The translations under genes and the position numbers were made by a program. The notes under the pieces were generated by a model. The model was not told the origin of the DNA. It made no database searches and saw nothing but the letters and a program-made list of their open reading frames with translations. From positions 32,001 through 96,000 of the IMG/VR virus record IMGVR_UViG_3300046786_000331: DNA of 64,000 nt; one strand, given 5' to 3'. Of the stretch, positions 10,748 to 20,499 are shown piece after piece (position 1 is the first letter of the stretch; every line of letters starts with the position of its first letter). The stretch comes from a virus.

Positions 10748-11851
10748 ATGCGAGTCCTTTTGTTAGCTCTTCTGCTAACATTTTCTGTAACCTCAAATGC
10801 CAATGGCAACATAGGCAAGGTTACAGAAAATAAAGGAACTGCCTGTGAAGTTGAAAGGAACAAGAAGAAGTTGTCCGGCATTAAAGGTGCTGACATCGAA
10901 TCGCTTGATACCTACTCAACACAGGCATGCGTAAGTACCTTAACATTTACTGATGATACTAAAGTTAAAGTTACAGAAAACAGTCGTCTGCTTATTGATG
11001 ACTTTGTCTTTGATCCTAAGAAAAGCGATGCAGGCAAGCTCGCTCTCAAAGTGGGAATGGGCACTGTTAGATACGCTAGTGGACAAATTGCTAAAAACAA
11101 TCCACAACAAGTTGCAGTAAAAACTCCAACAGCAACTATTGCTGTTCGTGGTACTGATTTCTCTATGACCGTTGACGAGGCTGGACAAAGCCTTGTTGTA
11201 TTGCTACCTAGTTGCAAAGACGAGAGCGAGCAAAAGAAATACGAATTAGAAGAAAATCGTTGCAGAGTTGGCAAGATTGAAGTTAGTACTGATGCAGGTA
11301 AAGTAGTATTGGATCAAGCATTTCATGCAACATATGTTACCAGTACAACAATGATGCCTACTCCCGCAACCATCATCAACACTGTTGAGTCAAAAATTAA
11401 CAATAATCTAATTTTAGTTAAACCTCACGAAGTATCTCATGCTATTCGTGAACATGCTAAAACAAAACAAGATAAAGAATTTGAAGAACTAGAAGCAGAA
11501 GCTGCTCGTCGTGTTTCTATGCGAATTAAAGAAACTGGCGAGGAAATCGAAAGAGCTAGATTACTAGCATTAAGAGAAGCTGCTGGGGCCACTGGGTGCA
11601 ATCCTAGTACAAACATTTGCGTAGCATGGGAAAATAAAGAAGCCAATGACATTCAAACTAAAGGTAAGGGCATTGCTTTTAGAACAAATGAAGATCATTA
11701 TGCTGAAGTAAAAACGCAAGGGTACAGTTCTAATACAAGCATTGTTATTATACATAACGATGCATTTGCTAGCGAAGTTATCGGAGACGGAAGTCCTGGT
11801 GGAAATACCATTTACATTAAACAAAATGCAGGAGTTCTAAGAAGAAGATGA
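10748..11851 (+). CDS. FecR-domain periplasmic protein
   Basis: signal peptide; VKTPTATIAVRGTDF motif. Confidence 0.85.
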   Translation: MRVLLLALLLTFSVTSNANGNIGKVTENKGTACEVERNKKKLSGIKGADIESLDTYSTQACVSTLTFTDDTKVKVTENSRLLIDDFVFDPKKSDAGKLALKVGMGTVRYASGQIAKNNPQQVAVKTPTATIAVRGTDFSMTVDEAGQSLVVLLPSCKDESEQKKYELEENRCRVGKIEVSTDAGKVVLDQAFHATYVTSTTMMPTPATIINTVESKINNNLILVKPHEVSHAIREHAKTKQDKEFEELEAEAARRVSMRIKETGEEIERARLLALREAAGATGCNPSTNICVAWENKEANDIQTKGKGIAFRTNEDHYAEVKTQGYSSNTSIVIIHNDAFASEVIGDGSPGGNTIYIKQNAGVLRRR

Positions 11852-13767
11852 TAACACGCATTTTACAGTTCTTGTTATTTTTAACTGTGTGCATTAGCGC
11901 ACATGGTCAAACATATTATAATGCCATTGCCACTGCCTATGTTACAACAACTATTAGTCAGAACGTTGTATTCAATAGTACAATGCAACAAGGTGGAACA
12001 TTTACCTTTAGTGTTCTAGCACATAACGGTGGAGGTCGTGCAGGGCAAAGCGATACAGCCAACGTAAAGATTGAATTCTTTAATAGCAGTGGCGGATTAA
12101 TAACCAGTGTAAACTCTAGTAACTCTGCTAACTTGCCTAACCCAAATGCGGTGTGTGGTAATCCTTGTATTGACACAACAGTTCCTTGGACAACACTAAC
12201 CACCACAACTACATTAACATCGGCACAGGCAGGAAACGTTGCTTATGCTCGAGTCAGTATGTATGGTATCGACGGAAGCTATTGGGCAGGTGATTATGGT
12301 CCTTGGTATCGTGCTCCTACTCTGCAACTTAACAGTGGTGGCAACTTATTGTATAACCCAGAATTTGGACCATACAATAACGTAACAGCACAGGGCTGGA
12401 CAAGTAATCCAGGCTTCGGTGCTTGCCAAGGCGCTTGGGGCGGAAGCAATGCCTGTATCGTTAACAGCGACGGTGTGCCGGGTTCTAGCACAGTTGGCTT
12501 AGTTGCTAACGCTAACGGCGGTGGCCCGAGTGCCACTGGTGGTACAACTAGTGGAACTCCTGGAGGCTATAATAATACAATGTCAGTAACCAATGCAGGC
12601 ACAGGCGCAACAGCAGGTGCTCCCCCACCACCTCCACCGCCCGCACCAACAGCAATTTACATGGACAACTCTGCTATAAAAATTATAAGAGCAATCCCAA
12701 CCAGTAACAACAGTCCTAGTGGTGAAGGTCCTAACAATGCCTTTGATAATAACTCAGGAACAAAATATCTTAACTTTGATAAAAAGAACGCAGGTGTAAC
12801 TGTTCAACTAAACACAGGAAAAATAGTTACCGGATTTACAGTTACAACAGCTAACGACTTCAGTGGACGTGATCCTACTAGTTATAAACTCTACGGAAGC
12901 AATGACGGATCAACTTGGACTCTAATTAAACAAGATGCTATTACATTAAGTGATAATAGATTTACCACAAGTTCAGTTATTAATGTTGCTAACACAACTG
13001 CCTATGCTTATTACTTTATGCTGTTCCCAACAACTAAAGCTGGGGAAGGTTGCGGACTAGATTGTAATAGTATGCAGATTGCCGAGATAACATACTACTA
13101 TGATGCTAACAGTACAACAACCTCAACTGCTTCAAGTTCTACTATTGTTGATCCAGTAACTGCGGCAGCAAATACCCTGTGTTGTGGTGGCTCGGCAAAT
13201 TCCTTTAATTCTGATACAACAAACACTGCAAAGGTACAGACATTTTTAAATCGTACTACTGCCGATAGCCAAGTGTTTATCGAACAAATTGGTACAGGCA
13301 ATACTATTGATGTTACCCAATCTGGAACTAGACAGAATTATTTAAAATATTACGGAAATGGTTCTAATAACAACGTAACAGTTCAACAGTCTGGAAACGC
13401 CAGTACCGCTGTAAACTATGCTGACTTAACTGTTAACGGAAATTCAAACACGCTTAATGTTACACAACAAAGCACAGGTGGCGGGAAAGGTGTATTTGTA
13501 ACAGTTAATAATAATTCTAATATTATCAACATCACACAAAAAGATTCTGGAAGCCATTACTTAGATTTAACACTTTCCGGCGGTAATAAAACTGTTGATG
13601 TTCTGCAACAAGGTTCAGCTGGACACATGGCTAGTATTAATCTAAGCGGAAATCCTACAAGTTTAAATTTAACTCAGAGTGGAAGCACACAAAATTTCTA
13701 CTCAATTACACATAACTGTGCAACAGCAGGCGGTTGCGCACCGATTACAGTTAAACAGGGCAATTAA
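11848..13767 (+). CDS. secreted protein: glycan-binding-like/discoidin domains, Pro linker, C-terminal curlin repeats
   Basis: NAFDNNSGTKY...RDPTSYKLYGSNDGSTW...MQIAEI; QxGxxN repeats at C-terminus. Confidence 0.75.
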   Translation: MITRILQFLLFLTVCISAHGQTYYNAIATAYVTTTISQNVVFNSTMQQGGTFTFSVLAHNGGGRAGQSDTANVKIEFFNSSGGLITSVNSSNSANLPNPNAVCGNPCIDTTVPWTTLTTTTTLTSAQAGNVAYARVSMYGIDGSYWAGDYGPWYRAPTLQLNSGGNLLYNPEFGPYNNVTAQGWTSNPGFGACQGAWGGSNACIVNSDGVPGSSTVGLVANANGGGPSATGGTTSGTPGGYNNTMSVTNAGTGATAGAPPPPPPPAPTAIYMDNSAIKIIRAIPTSNNSPSGEGPNNAFDNNSGTKYLNFDKKNAGVTVQLNTGKIVTGFTVTTANDFSGRDPTSYKLYGSNDGSTWTLIKQDAITLSDNRFTTSSVINVANTTAYAYYFMLFPTTKAGEGCGLDCNSMQIAEITYYYDANSTTTSTASSSTIVDPVTAAANTLCCGGSANSFNSDTTNTAKVQTFLNRTTADSQVFIEQIGTGNTIDVTQSGTRQNYLKYYGNGSNNNVTVQQSGNASTAVNYADLTVNGNSNTLNVTQQSTGGGKGVFVTVNNNSNIINITQKDSGSHYLDLTLSGGNKTVDVLQQGSAGHMASINLSGNPTSLNLTQSGSTQNFYSITHNCATAGGCAPITVKQGN

Positions 13768-13786
13768 TACGGCAAATAAATAGTTG

Positions 13787-15838
13787 ATGCAAATCAAACT
13801 TAAAACCGTACTGTTAAGCCCGTGGACAGCATTAATTACACTGGCATTAGTCTTAGGCATTCGTATCAGCGATCCTACGTTTGTAGAAAGCGTTAGACTA
13901 CGTTATTTTGATACTTTAATCACTGCTAAAGAACCTACACAAAATAATATTGTTACAGTTAACATTGATGAAGAATCATTAAACAAACTAGGACAGTGGC
14001 CATTGCCGAGGGCACAGTATGCTAAAATTATTAAAGACTTGTATGATAGGGGTGCTGGCCTTGTTGTTCTCAACGTGCTTATGGCTGAGCCTGATCGCAC
14101 TGGCGGTGACGCAGCTCTTGCCCAGGCTCTTCGGAATTATCCCGTTGTCTTAGGTAACGTTCCTAGCGACAAAACACGCAACACTCCACGTAATCCAGGA
14201 GCAGCAATTCTCGGTCCAGAGTTCATGGATCAGATTGTTCAGTATCCTGGAGTCATTGCTAATATCCCCCCAATAGAAAATGCAGCAGCCGGTGTAGGCA
14301 CTGTTAATACTTTACCTGAAGTGGACGGTGTAAATCGCCGCATTCCATTAATAGCCGCGATAGACGGCAAACTGTATCCTAGCATAGCTATGGAGACGCT
14401 GAGGGTAGCGGCCGGCGATTCAACATTTCAGGTAAAACTATCGGAGAATGGTGTTGAGAAAATGCGTATTCCAAAGTTTGGTCCTGTTACTACAGATAAC
14501 TTTGGTCGTATTTGGATTGACTGGAGTCAACAAAGTCAAAGCGTAAGTTTAACAGAATTGCCCAAAGATTTAAACGGAGCAATTGTTATTGTAGGACCTA
14601 GTGCGGCAGGTATATCCAATCCTGTTCCTACAGCAAAAGGCGCAGTATGGCCACATGATGTGCAGGCAGCAGTAATAGCAACCATGGCGAATGGTGTTGT
14701 TATTGAACGTCCTGATTATGCGGACGGTGTAGAAATTCTTGCACTGTTAGCATTTGGTTTATTATTAATATTTTTGTCGAGGTGGACTTATGTTGGCATT
14801 TGTGCTACTGTGGTTATTGTTGGTGCCATCGTTCCTGGTACTATCTACGCTTTCAATAATTGGCTCATCCTGGGAGACGCGACTGCGATCGCGGCTGGGC
14901 TTGTTATCGTTGCTCTTCATACTTATGGCGTTAAGTTTGTAAGCGAGTTCTTACAAAAGCAGGCAATCAAGAAACAGTTTGCTGGATACTGTTCTAAGGA
15001 AGTAGTAGAGATGCTACAAAAGGATCCAGACTTAATCAAGCGTGGTGTTCGTAAAGACGTATCAGTTATGTTCAGTGACTTGCGTGGCTTTACACCAATC
15101 GGTGAACACTATGGTGATGATGTTGCCGGACTAGGCAAATACATGAATGGATATATGGACAGCATCAGTCGTCCTATTTTAGATAACAAAGGTATGGTTA
15201 TCAAATATGTAGGCGATGCAAGTATGCACATTCACGGTGCGCCTATTGAAGATCCTAATCATGCACACACAATTGTTAAGGTAGGATTAGAGATGTTAGA
15301 TGCTGTTGACAAATACACCAAGCTAATGGAAGCACAAGGTTTGCCGCCGGCTGCTATGGGTTGGGGTGTAAACAGTGGTATTGGCTTTATCGGTGAGATG
15401 GGTTCAACCGATAGACACAGCTATGATATCTTAGGCGACATGGTTTCAACAGCCGCACGTTTAGAAGCACGTTGTAAAGCCTACGGCGTATTATGTATTA
15501 TTGGGGCTGAAACATACAACAGAACTAAAGACGATTTCTTCTACTTGCTATTAGATAACCTACAACCAAAAGGTAAGAGCGTAGCTGATTTGATTTATAC
15601 AGCACTACGCACTCGCGGTGAAGACTATACGAGAGATAAGATAGCACACGAAGTCATGCACGATTTATACAAGCAGAAAAAGTTTGACGAAGCTGCTGCT
15701 ATGTGTAAAAAGTTAAAAGGTAACTTTGGCGGGCAGATGGACAAGTACTATAAGATTTGGATCGAACGTTGCGACTTTATGAAGCAACAAGACTTACCAG
15801 ATAACTGGAATGGGGAGTTTGTAGCACATGAAAAATAA
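13787..15838 (+). CDS. CHASE2-domain class III adenylate/guanylate cyclase
   Basis: IDEESL..GQWPLPR (CHASE2), 3 TM, FSDLRGFT, KYVGD, GDMVSTAARLE. Confidence 0.93.
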   Translation: MQIKLKTVLLSPWTALITLALVLGIRISDPTFVESVRLRYFDTLITAKEPTQNNIVTVNIDEESLNKLGQWPLPRAQYAKIIKDLYDRGAGLVVLNVLMAEPDRTGGDAALAQALRNYPVVLGNVPSDKTRNTPRNPGAAILGPEFMDQIVQYPGVIANIPPIENAAAGVGTVNTLPEVDGVNRRIPLIAAIDGKLYPSIAMETLRVAAGDSTFQVKLSENGVEKMRIPKFGPVTTDNFGRIWIDWSQQSQSVSLTELPKDLNGAIVIVGPSAAGISNPVPTAKGAVWPHDVQAAVIATMANGVVIERPDYADGVEILALLAFGLLLIFLSRWTYVGICATVVIVGAIVPGTIYAFNNWLILGDATAIAAGLVIVALHTYGVKFVSEFLQKQAIKKQFAGYCSKEVVEMLQKDPDLIKRGVRKDVSVMFSDLRGFTPIGEHYGDDVAGLGKYMNGYMDSISRPILDNKGMVIKYVGDASMHIHGAPIEDPNHAHTIVKVGLEMLDAVDKYTKLMEAQGLPPAAMGWGVNSGIGFIGEMGSTDRHSYDILGDMVSTAARLEARCKAYGVLCIIGAETYNRTKDDFFYLLLDNLQPKGKSVADLIYTALRTRGEDYTRDKIAHEVMHDLYKQKKFDEAAAMCKKLKGNFGGQMDKYYKIWIERCDFMKQQDLPDNWNGEFVAHEK

Positions 15839-15989
15839 TCCAATGTTGTTGTGGTTTGATTATTCTATATGGTTAATGCTACAAATGAAATTTATGAGTC
15901 CTGCTGCAATGATAGCTCGCAATGACAGAATGGAACAGTATATGAAAATGTACAGTCTTAACGGCATTAAACCTATGTGTGCAATGTAA
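15828..15989 (+). CDS. small Met-rich ORF (53 aa)
   Basis: manual translation MKNNPMLLWFDYS...KPMCAM, overlaps cyclase stop. Confidence 0.35.
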   Translation: MKNNPMLLWFDYSIWLMLQMKFMSPAAMIARNDRMEQYMKMYSLNGIKPMCAM

Positions 15990-16006
15990 TATTACTTGCC
16001 CAAAAT

Positions 16007-16035
16007 AAGAAAGGAACTTCGGTTCCTTTTCTTTT
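16007..16035. terminator. intrinsic terminator
   Basis: AAGAAAGGAAC-TTCG-GTTCCTTTTCTTTT. Confidence 0.8.
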
Positions 16036-16079
16036 GGATCGTCATTGTGATCATTTTGGATCCCATGTATAATAGTTGA

Positions 16080-16490
16080 TAGGCAATTATTATAGGCATT
16101 TACAGGCTCACACTAGGCACGACAGTGTGACATAAGGTTAGCAGGCCGGTTAATATTCTGCTGGGCAAGGTTCTGATGTGTGACCCACTGTCCAATTCGT
16201 TTCTTCACACAAATGGCTTCTATTCACTACCTCAAGCCTTGACTTGAGATGCCTTAGAAAAATGCCTCCCCTCTGCTGGAGTAACATTTGAATAGTCGTA
16301 ACAGGTTGCCGGATTTTCCTAAACGTCCATGAGAACAATGACACCGAAGTTCTCTTAAAAATCGTAGTAGGTGGGGTAAGGTACAGAGCCCAGAGACGTG
16401 GAAATCAAAATACCTACTGTCTCAGTGTGTGCCGAAGAACTCAGCAAACAAAAAAATACGACACTCTTTTACAGGGTGTCGTATGGCTTC
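16080..16490 (+). ncRNA. candidate large structured ncRNA
   Basis: TTGTGA-N17-TATAAT upstream, at least 6 hairpins, no credible ORF. Confidence 0.45.
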
Positions 16491-16513
16491 TGAATCTAGC
16501 AAAACTTCAAAAA

Positions 16514-16897
16514 TTATCCTTCACCACTTGCAGCGGCTTTGTCGTCCTCAGATAATTTCTTTTTACCGGCATTGCCTATTTTATCGGCTTCATCCATTGC
16601 TTCGTGGAACTTCGCATTGGCTTGTGCCTCAACTAATGCCGTTTCCATAACCCTGTCAGATTCAATCATTTTACCTCTTAGATGTAAAACAGTATTGACT
16701 TTCTGGTTTAATCTAATTAAATCATTGTCTAACATTCGAATTCTATCGATAAGAGCAATCAACACAGTATTAGCATCACTAATAACTGGCTTTACCTCTT
16801 TAGTAGCCCATTCCCATACATACTTGATAATGAACCCCATCCCAACTGCCATAACAATCGGGAAGCCGTACTTATTAACTAACTCAACTACGTCCAT
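16514..16897 (-). CDS. small membrane protein, TM plus coiled coil (holin-like architecture)
   Basis: YGFPIVMAVGMGFII; paralogous to 17093-17374. Confidence 0.75.
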   Translation of the reverse strand: MDVVELVNKYGFPIVMAVGMGFIIKYVWEWATKEVKPVISDANTVLIALIDRIRMLDNDLIRLNQKVNTVLHLRGKMIESDRVMETALVEAQANAKFHEAMDEADKIGNAGKKKLSEDDKAAASGEG

Positions 16898-17096
16898 GCT
16901 CTTCTCCAAAACTTACTTTGTAGCCTCTTACAAATGCTTCCAAAGGATCTACTTTAACTAACATTTGACGACCATTTACATTAGTAAATCTAAATAGATC
17001 ACCGTGTTTATAACCTAGCTTATCTGTGTTAAGTTCTTCATCTAAAAGAATTCTATTAGGGCTTAAATCCCAGGAGTAATCGAAATGTAGCATCAA
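16884..17096 (-). CDS. hypothetical protein
   Basis: coupled between two membrane-protein genes. Confidence 0.7.
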   Translation of the reverse strand: MMLHFDYSWDLSPNRILLDEELNTDKLGYKHGDLFRFTNVNGRQMLVKVDPLEAFVRGYKVSFGEEHGRS

Positions 17097-17374
17097 TCTC
17101 TCCTAGCATCATTCTTACCGTCTGCTCGGGCAATACGATCAACATCTGGACGAAGTCCTAATGCGTTACTTACAATAGTATCAATACGGACAACATCGTG
17201 ATTCATAGTTTTTACACGATTGTCTAGGGCTGTAATAATACCAGCCATACCTCTGATACTGCCCAAAACGCCTTGTAACAGCAGTTTAATAGTTAAGTAG
17301 ACAAAATAGCCACCTGCAAGCGCAGTTGCTACTGGCATACCTAAGTCGCCAATAATTTTAAAAATATCGCCCAT
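17093..17374 (-). CDS. small membrane protein, TM plus coiled coil
   Basis: LGMPVATALAGGYFVYL; SD GGAG and TAAATA upstream. Confidence 0.75.
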   Translation of the reverse strand: MGDIFKIIGDLGMPVATALAGGYFVYLTIKLLLQGVLGSIRGMAGIITALDNRVKTMNHDVVRIDTIVSNALGLRPDVDRIARADGKNDARRD

Positions 17375-17412
17375 CGATTCGCTCCCGGGATTATGTACTA
17401 CTATTTAACCAT

Positions 17413-17441
17413 TTGACAAATTTTTAAACTGGTGCTATAAT
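17413..17441 (+). promoter_or_regulatory. sigma70 promoter
   Basis: TTGACA-N17-TATAAT with extended -10. Confidence 0.85.
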
Positions 17442-17466
17442 ATACACATATTACTCAGAGGGTGTT

Positions 17467-18333
17467 ATGAAGATTAAACTAGTGTCAGACTTACATTTGG
17501 AATTTAGCGATTACAATGTACGTAATGACGAGAACTGCGATGTGTTGATTCTAAGCGGCGACATTATGGTTGCTGTAGATATGTACGACCATCCAGAACC
17601 CGAAGTTCCATATCCACCTGAAATTATTAAAACTCTGGGTAGTCGCCAAGTTACAGCGCAGCGTTTTCGAGACTTTCTCAAACGTTGTAGCTTCCAATTT
17701 CCTCACGTTGTCTACGTAGCAGGTAATCACGAATTTTATCACGGTAAGTGGCATCAGACTCTAGATATCCTGCGTGAAGAATGTAACAAGCTAGGTAACG
17801 TTTATTTCTTAGAACAAGAATCTAAGAAGATTGATGATGTTACATTTATCGGCGGTACACTATGGACAAACATGAATAAGTTTGATCCATTGACTCTACA
17901 CGCTGTTCGAGACATGATGAACGACTATCGAATGATTCGTAAAGAGTTTGAAGGCTACACACTATTAAAACCTTCCGATACCTGCATCCGTCACAGGAAC
18001 ATGTTGGACTACATTAAAACTATTGTAGCAGAACGAGGCGAAGAAAAGTTTGTTGTAGTTGGGCATCACAGTCCTAGTTTTCAAAGTTGCCATCCACAGT
18101 ATGCACACGATAGTTTGATGAACGGTGCTTATCACAGTGACTTGAGCGAGTTTATTTTAGATCGTCCACAGATTAAACTATGGACGCACGGACACACTCA
18201 TCATGCGTTTGATTACATGATAGGTGAAACAAGAGTTGTATGTAATCCTAGGGGCTACCAGTCAACACGCGGTAACGGTGATAGCTGGGGCGAAGACACA
18301 GATTGGAATCCTAACTTAGTATTGGAAGTATAA
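17467..18333 (+). CDS. metallophosphoesterase
   Basis: SDLH, GD, GNHE, HH, HGHTH motifs. Confidence 0.92.
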   Translation: MKIKLVSDLHLEFSDYNVRNDENCDVLILSGDIMVAVDMYDHPEPEVPYPPEIIKTLGSRQVTAQRFRDFLKRCSFQFPHVVYVAGNHEFYHGKWHQTLDILREECNKLGNVYFLEQESKKIDDVTFIGGTLWTNMNKFDPLTLHAVRDMMNDYRMIRKEFEGYTLLKPSDTCIRHRNMLDYIKTIVAERGEEKFVVVGHHSPSFQSCHPQYAHDSLMNGAYHSDLSEFILDRPQIKLWTHGHTHHAFDYMIGETRVVCNPRGYQSTRGNGDSWGEDTDWNPNLVLEV

Positions 18334-18659
18334 TGGAAATGACAAAACAAGAATTCATGAATGAACTTCGTGGAATTCAACGTATCGTTATTAACGACTG
18401 CTACGGCGGATTTGGTTTAAGCGAACGTGCTTTTAGAGAGTACAAACAATTAGCAGGAATCACAGATCCTGAATTTTACGATCGAAACATTCCTCGCGAT
18501 GATCCGTATCTTGTTAAGGTCGTAAGAGAGTTAGGCATGACTGCAAATGGTGCCCATGCCAATCTTAAGATTGTTGAAGTTCCGGGTGATGTCGAATGGG
18601 ACATTGCAGAATATGACGGTGTGGAATGGGTTGCTGAAAAGCATCGTACATGGTCATGA
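18333..18659 (+). CDS. conserved phage hypothetical protein
   Basis: VINDCYGGFGLS...RDDPYLV...EYDGVEWV. Confidence 0.75.
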   Translation: MEMTKQEFMNELRGIQRIVINDCYGGFGLSERAFREYKQLAGITDPEFYDRNIPRDDPYLVKVVRELGMTANGAHANLKIVEVPGDVEWDIAEYDGVEWVAEKHRTWS

Positions 18660-18853
18660 AAGTAGAACCTACAAGCTATCCCGGTTGGTCGGGACATCCT
18701 ACATATCTAGTTCGTACATCCAAAGACTACCAAGAAGTCTGTCTTTGGATGTACAAGAATCAAGTAGAACATTTCTTGTTAAGTTCTGGCAGTCCTGGCT
18801 ACACATTTCAAGTCCGTGATAAGAAAGAATGGTTTGCATTAAAATGGCTCTAA
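18656..18853 (+). CDS. small paralogue-family protein
   Basis: C-term EWFALKWL. Confidence 0.7.
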   Translation: MKVEPTSYPGWSGHPTYLVRTSKDYQEVCLWMYKNQVEHFLLSSGSPGYTFQVRDKKEWFALKWL

Positions 18854-18879
18854 CAGCAGTAAAAGGCGGATGGGTGGCT

Positions 18880-19140
18880 ATGCGTAAAACTATTGTCAAT
18901 CACTGGCGCTTTGAAAACGGCATTGATCCTGTTAATCCAGGAAGCCAATGGCCCAGTATTCCTCCTCGTGGTTGGTACTGTTGGGTGTATCCTGAAGACG
19001 ACAACGAGTACGAACAGTGGATGTCTAAGATGTGTCCTAGTGCTGAAATAACGCATCGTTTCAACAGTGGTGATCCTATGTACACCACATTCATCAAAGA
19101 CGATGCAGAAGCTGTATTATTTCAACTAAGGTGGATGTAA
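18880..19140 (+). CDS. small paralogue-family protein
   Basis: C-term DDAEAVLFQLRWM. Confidence 0.7.
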   Translation: MRKTIVNHWRFENGIDPVNPGSQWPSIPPRGWYCWVYPEDDNEYEQWMSKMCPSAEITHRFNSGDPMYTTFIKDDAEAVLFQLRWM

Positions 19141-19391
19141 TGAAACCTACTAAGTTAACTATAAAGCAATGGAACGTTCTTAAAAAGCAATTAGCTACTG
19201 ATTACAGTACCAGTGTTGTTTTGATTCGTTCTAAGATGAGAGAACGCCTTGGGTTTACTACTCGAGAACATTCAACCTACACGGATCAATACGGTACAAA
19301 AATAGTCATCTATCTAGATTGGTTTGATGATGCTAAAAGAACTATGTTTATGTTAAAATACAGTGAGTACTTTGATGCAAGCAAGAACTAA
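19140..19391 (+). CDS. small paralogue-family protein
   Basis: C-term DDAKRTMFMLKYS. Confidence 0.7.
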   Translation: MKPTKLTIKQWNVLKKQLATDYSTSVVLIRSKMRERLGFTTREHSTYTDQYGTKIVIYLDWFDDAKRTMFMLKYSEYFDASKN

Positions 19392-19632
19392 AGTTGGATC
19401 AATGCAAGAAATAATGTCAAGTCGCTCTAGAGCGACTTTTCGTTATCGTGTAAATTTTGAATCTATATCAACAGAAAATATCAGAGATATGATACAATGG
19501 TGCAAAGAAAATTGCAAGGATCTGTGGCGAGCGAACAACAACTACTCAAGTTATTTTCAGTTCGCTGACGATTATGATGCTACAATGTTTATGCTGCGAT
19601 GGGGCGGCGCATCTGGAAACACACTAGCATGA
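19363..19632 (+). CDS. small paralogue-family protein
   Basis: C-term DDYDATMFMLRWG. Confidence 0.7.
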   Translation: MSTLMQARTKVGSMQEIMSSRSRATFRYRVNFESISTENIRDMIQWCKENCKDLWRANNNYSSYFQFADDYDATMFMLRWGGASGNTLA

Positions 19633-19994
19633 CTGGATATAAATTGCACGACTATCAAAAAAACCTGATTAATGGTTTCGCAAAAGGCGAGATCACCTTA
19701 ATCACTGCTGGTCGACAAACTGGTAAGAGCACATATTATCAATATGCACAGCAGTGGGCTGAAATGATGACTCCTCAGGCACCTTTTAGAAAAATGTCAC
19801 AAACACTAGTTGACGGACTGCCTTGGTACACTATTAAGTGTAATACTACGGTAGGAGAATTTATACGCAATCAACCTGGGCAAGGCACACGGTGGTATGA
19901 ACACATTGATACAAATTGGTATGTTCATAAAACCATGTTTGATATCTCAGAAGAGTTGTACATTCAAGTTGGATTAAAGTTTGATAATGTATGA
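19629..19994 (+). CDS. hypothetical protein with isolated P-loop-like motif
   Basis: AGRQTGKST near N-terminus. Confidence 0.65.
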   Translation: MTGYKLHDYQKNLINGFAKGEITLITAGRQTGKSTYYQYAQQWAEMMTPQAPFRKMSQTLVDGLPWYTIKCNTTVGEFIRNQPGQGTRWYEHIDTNWYVHKTMFDISEELYIQVGLKFDNV

Positions 19995-20230
19995 AAGTAG
20001 ATCGTAGAACATTACCTAAGTCAGTTCGAGGTGCAGAGCGTCGCGGATATCACATTGTTGAACTGCCATTGTCAAATCTCAACGATAGACACACAAGTTG
20101 GCTTGGAGTTAACATATGGTGTACACGTCAAACAAAAGGGCATTTTGTTAGCAGGTTCCACCCTGATTACAAATTTGCATTTCAAAACGAACAGGATGCT
20201 GTTTGGTTTCGATTGAAATGGGTAGTATGA
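19991..20230 (+). CDS. small paralogue-family protein
   Basis: C-term NEQDAVWFRLKWV. Confidence 0.7.
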   Translation: MKVDRRTLPKSVRGAERRGYHIVELPLSNLNDRHTSWLGVNIWCTRQTKGHFVSRFHPDYKFAFQNEQDAVWFRLKWVV

Positions 20231-20499
20231 AACGACTTATTCACAACAACATGACTGTTAGTGAGCAGTTTAATTTGATGCAGCAATTTCGAGATATTAC
20301 CGATCAAGCATGGCGTGTTCATGCTAAAACTGGTGAGTACGAAAATGCTTATCTTAAACGAGACTTTATTGAAGAACGATTTGGCATTCGTTGCACTGTA
20401 CAGAATACCGACAAACTATATCCCAATGTTGGAAGACTTCTTGAGCCTCGTGTTGTAGACGAAAAGAAATGTTTATTTTATTTGATTAGTATCCAATGA
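20227..20499 (+). CDS. small paralogue-family protein
   Basis: C-term VDEKKCLFYLI. Confidence 0.6.
   Translation: MKRLIHNNMTVSEQFNLMQQFRDITDQAWRVHAKTGEYENAYLKRDFIEERFGIRCTVQNTDKLYPNVGRLLEPRVVDEKKCLFYLISIQ

Noticed and set aside
787-13301. Antisense and alternate-frame ORFs inside dnaK, csgG, curlin and FecR genes
   Set aside because: Shadow ORFs of well-supported genes.
16045-16066. CRP site next to the cyclase (TGTGATC...GATCCCA)
   Set aside because: Half-site spacing is 4 nt too long for the CRP consensus.
16080-16490. RNase P RNA on the minus strand (AGGAAAATCCGG resembles GAGGAAAGTCC)
   Set aside because: The P4 partner and other conserved regions do not match convincingly.
19629-19994. 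Terminase or helicase call from AGRQTGKST
   Set aside because: Protein is too short and lacks Walker B or other domains.
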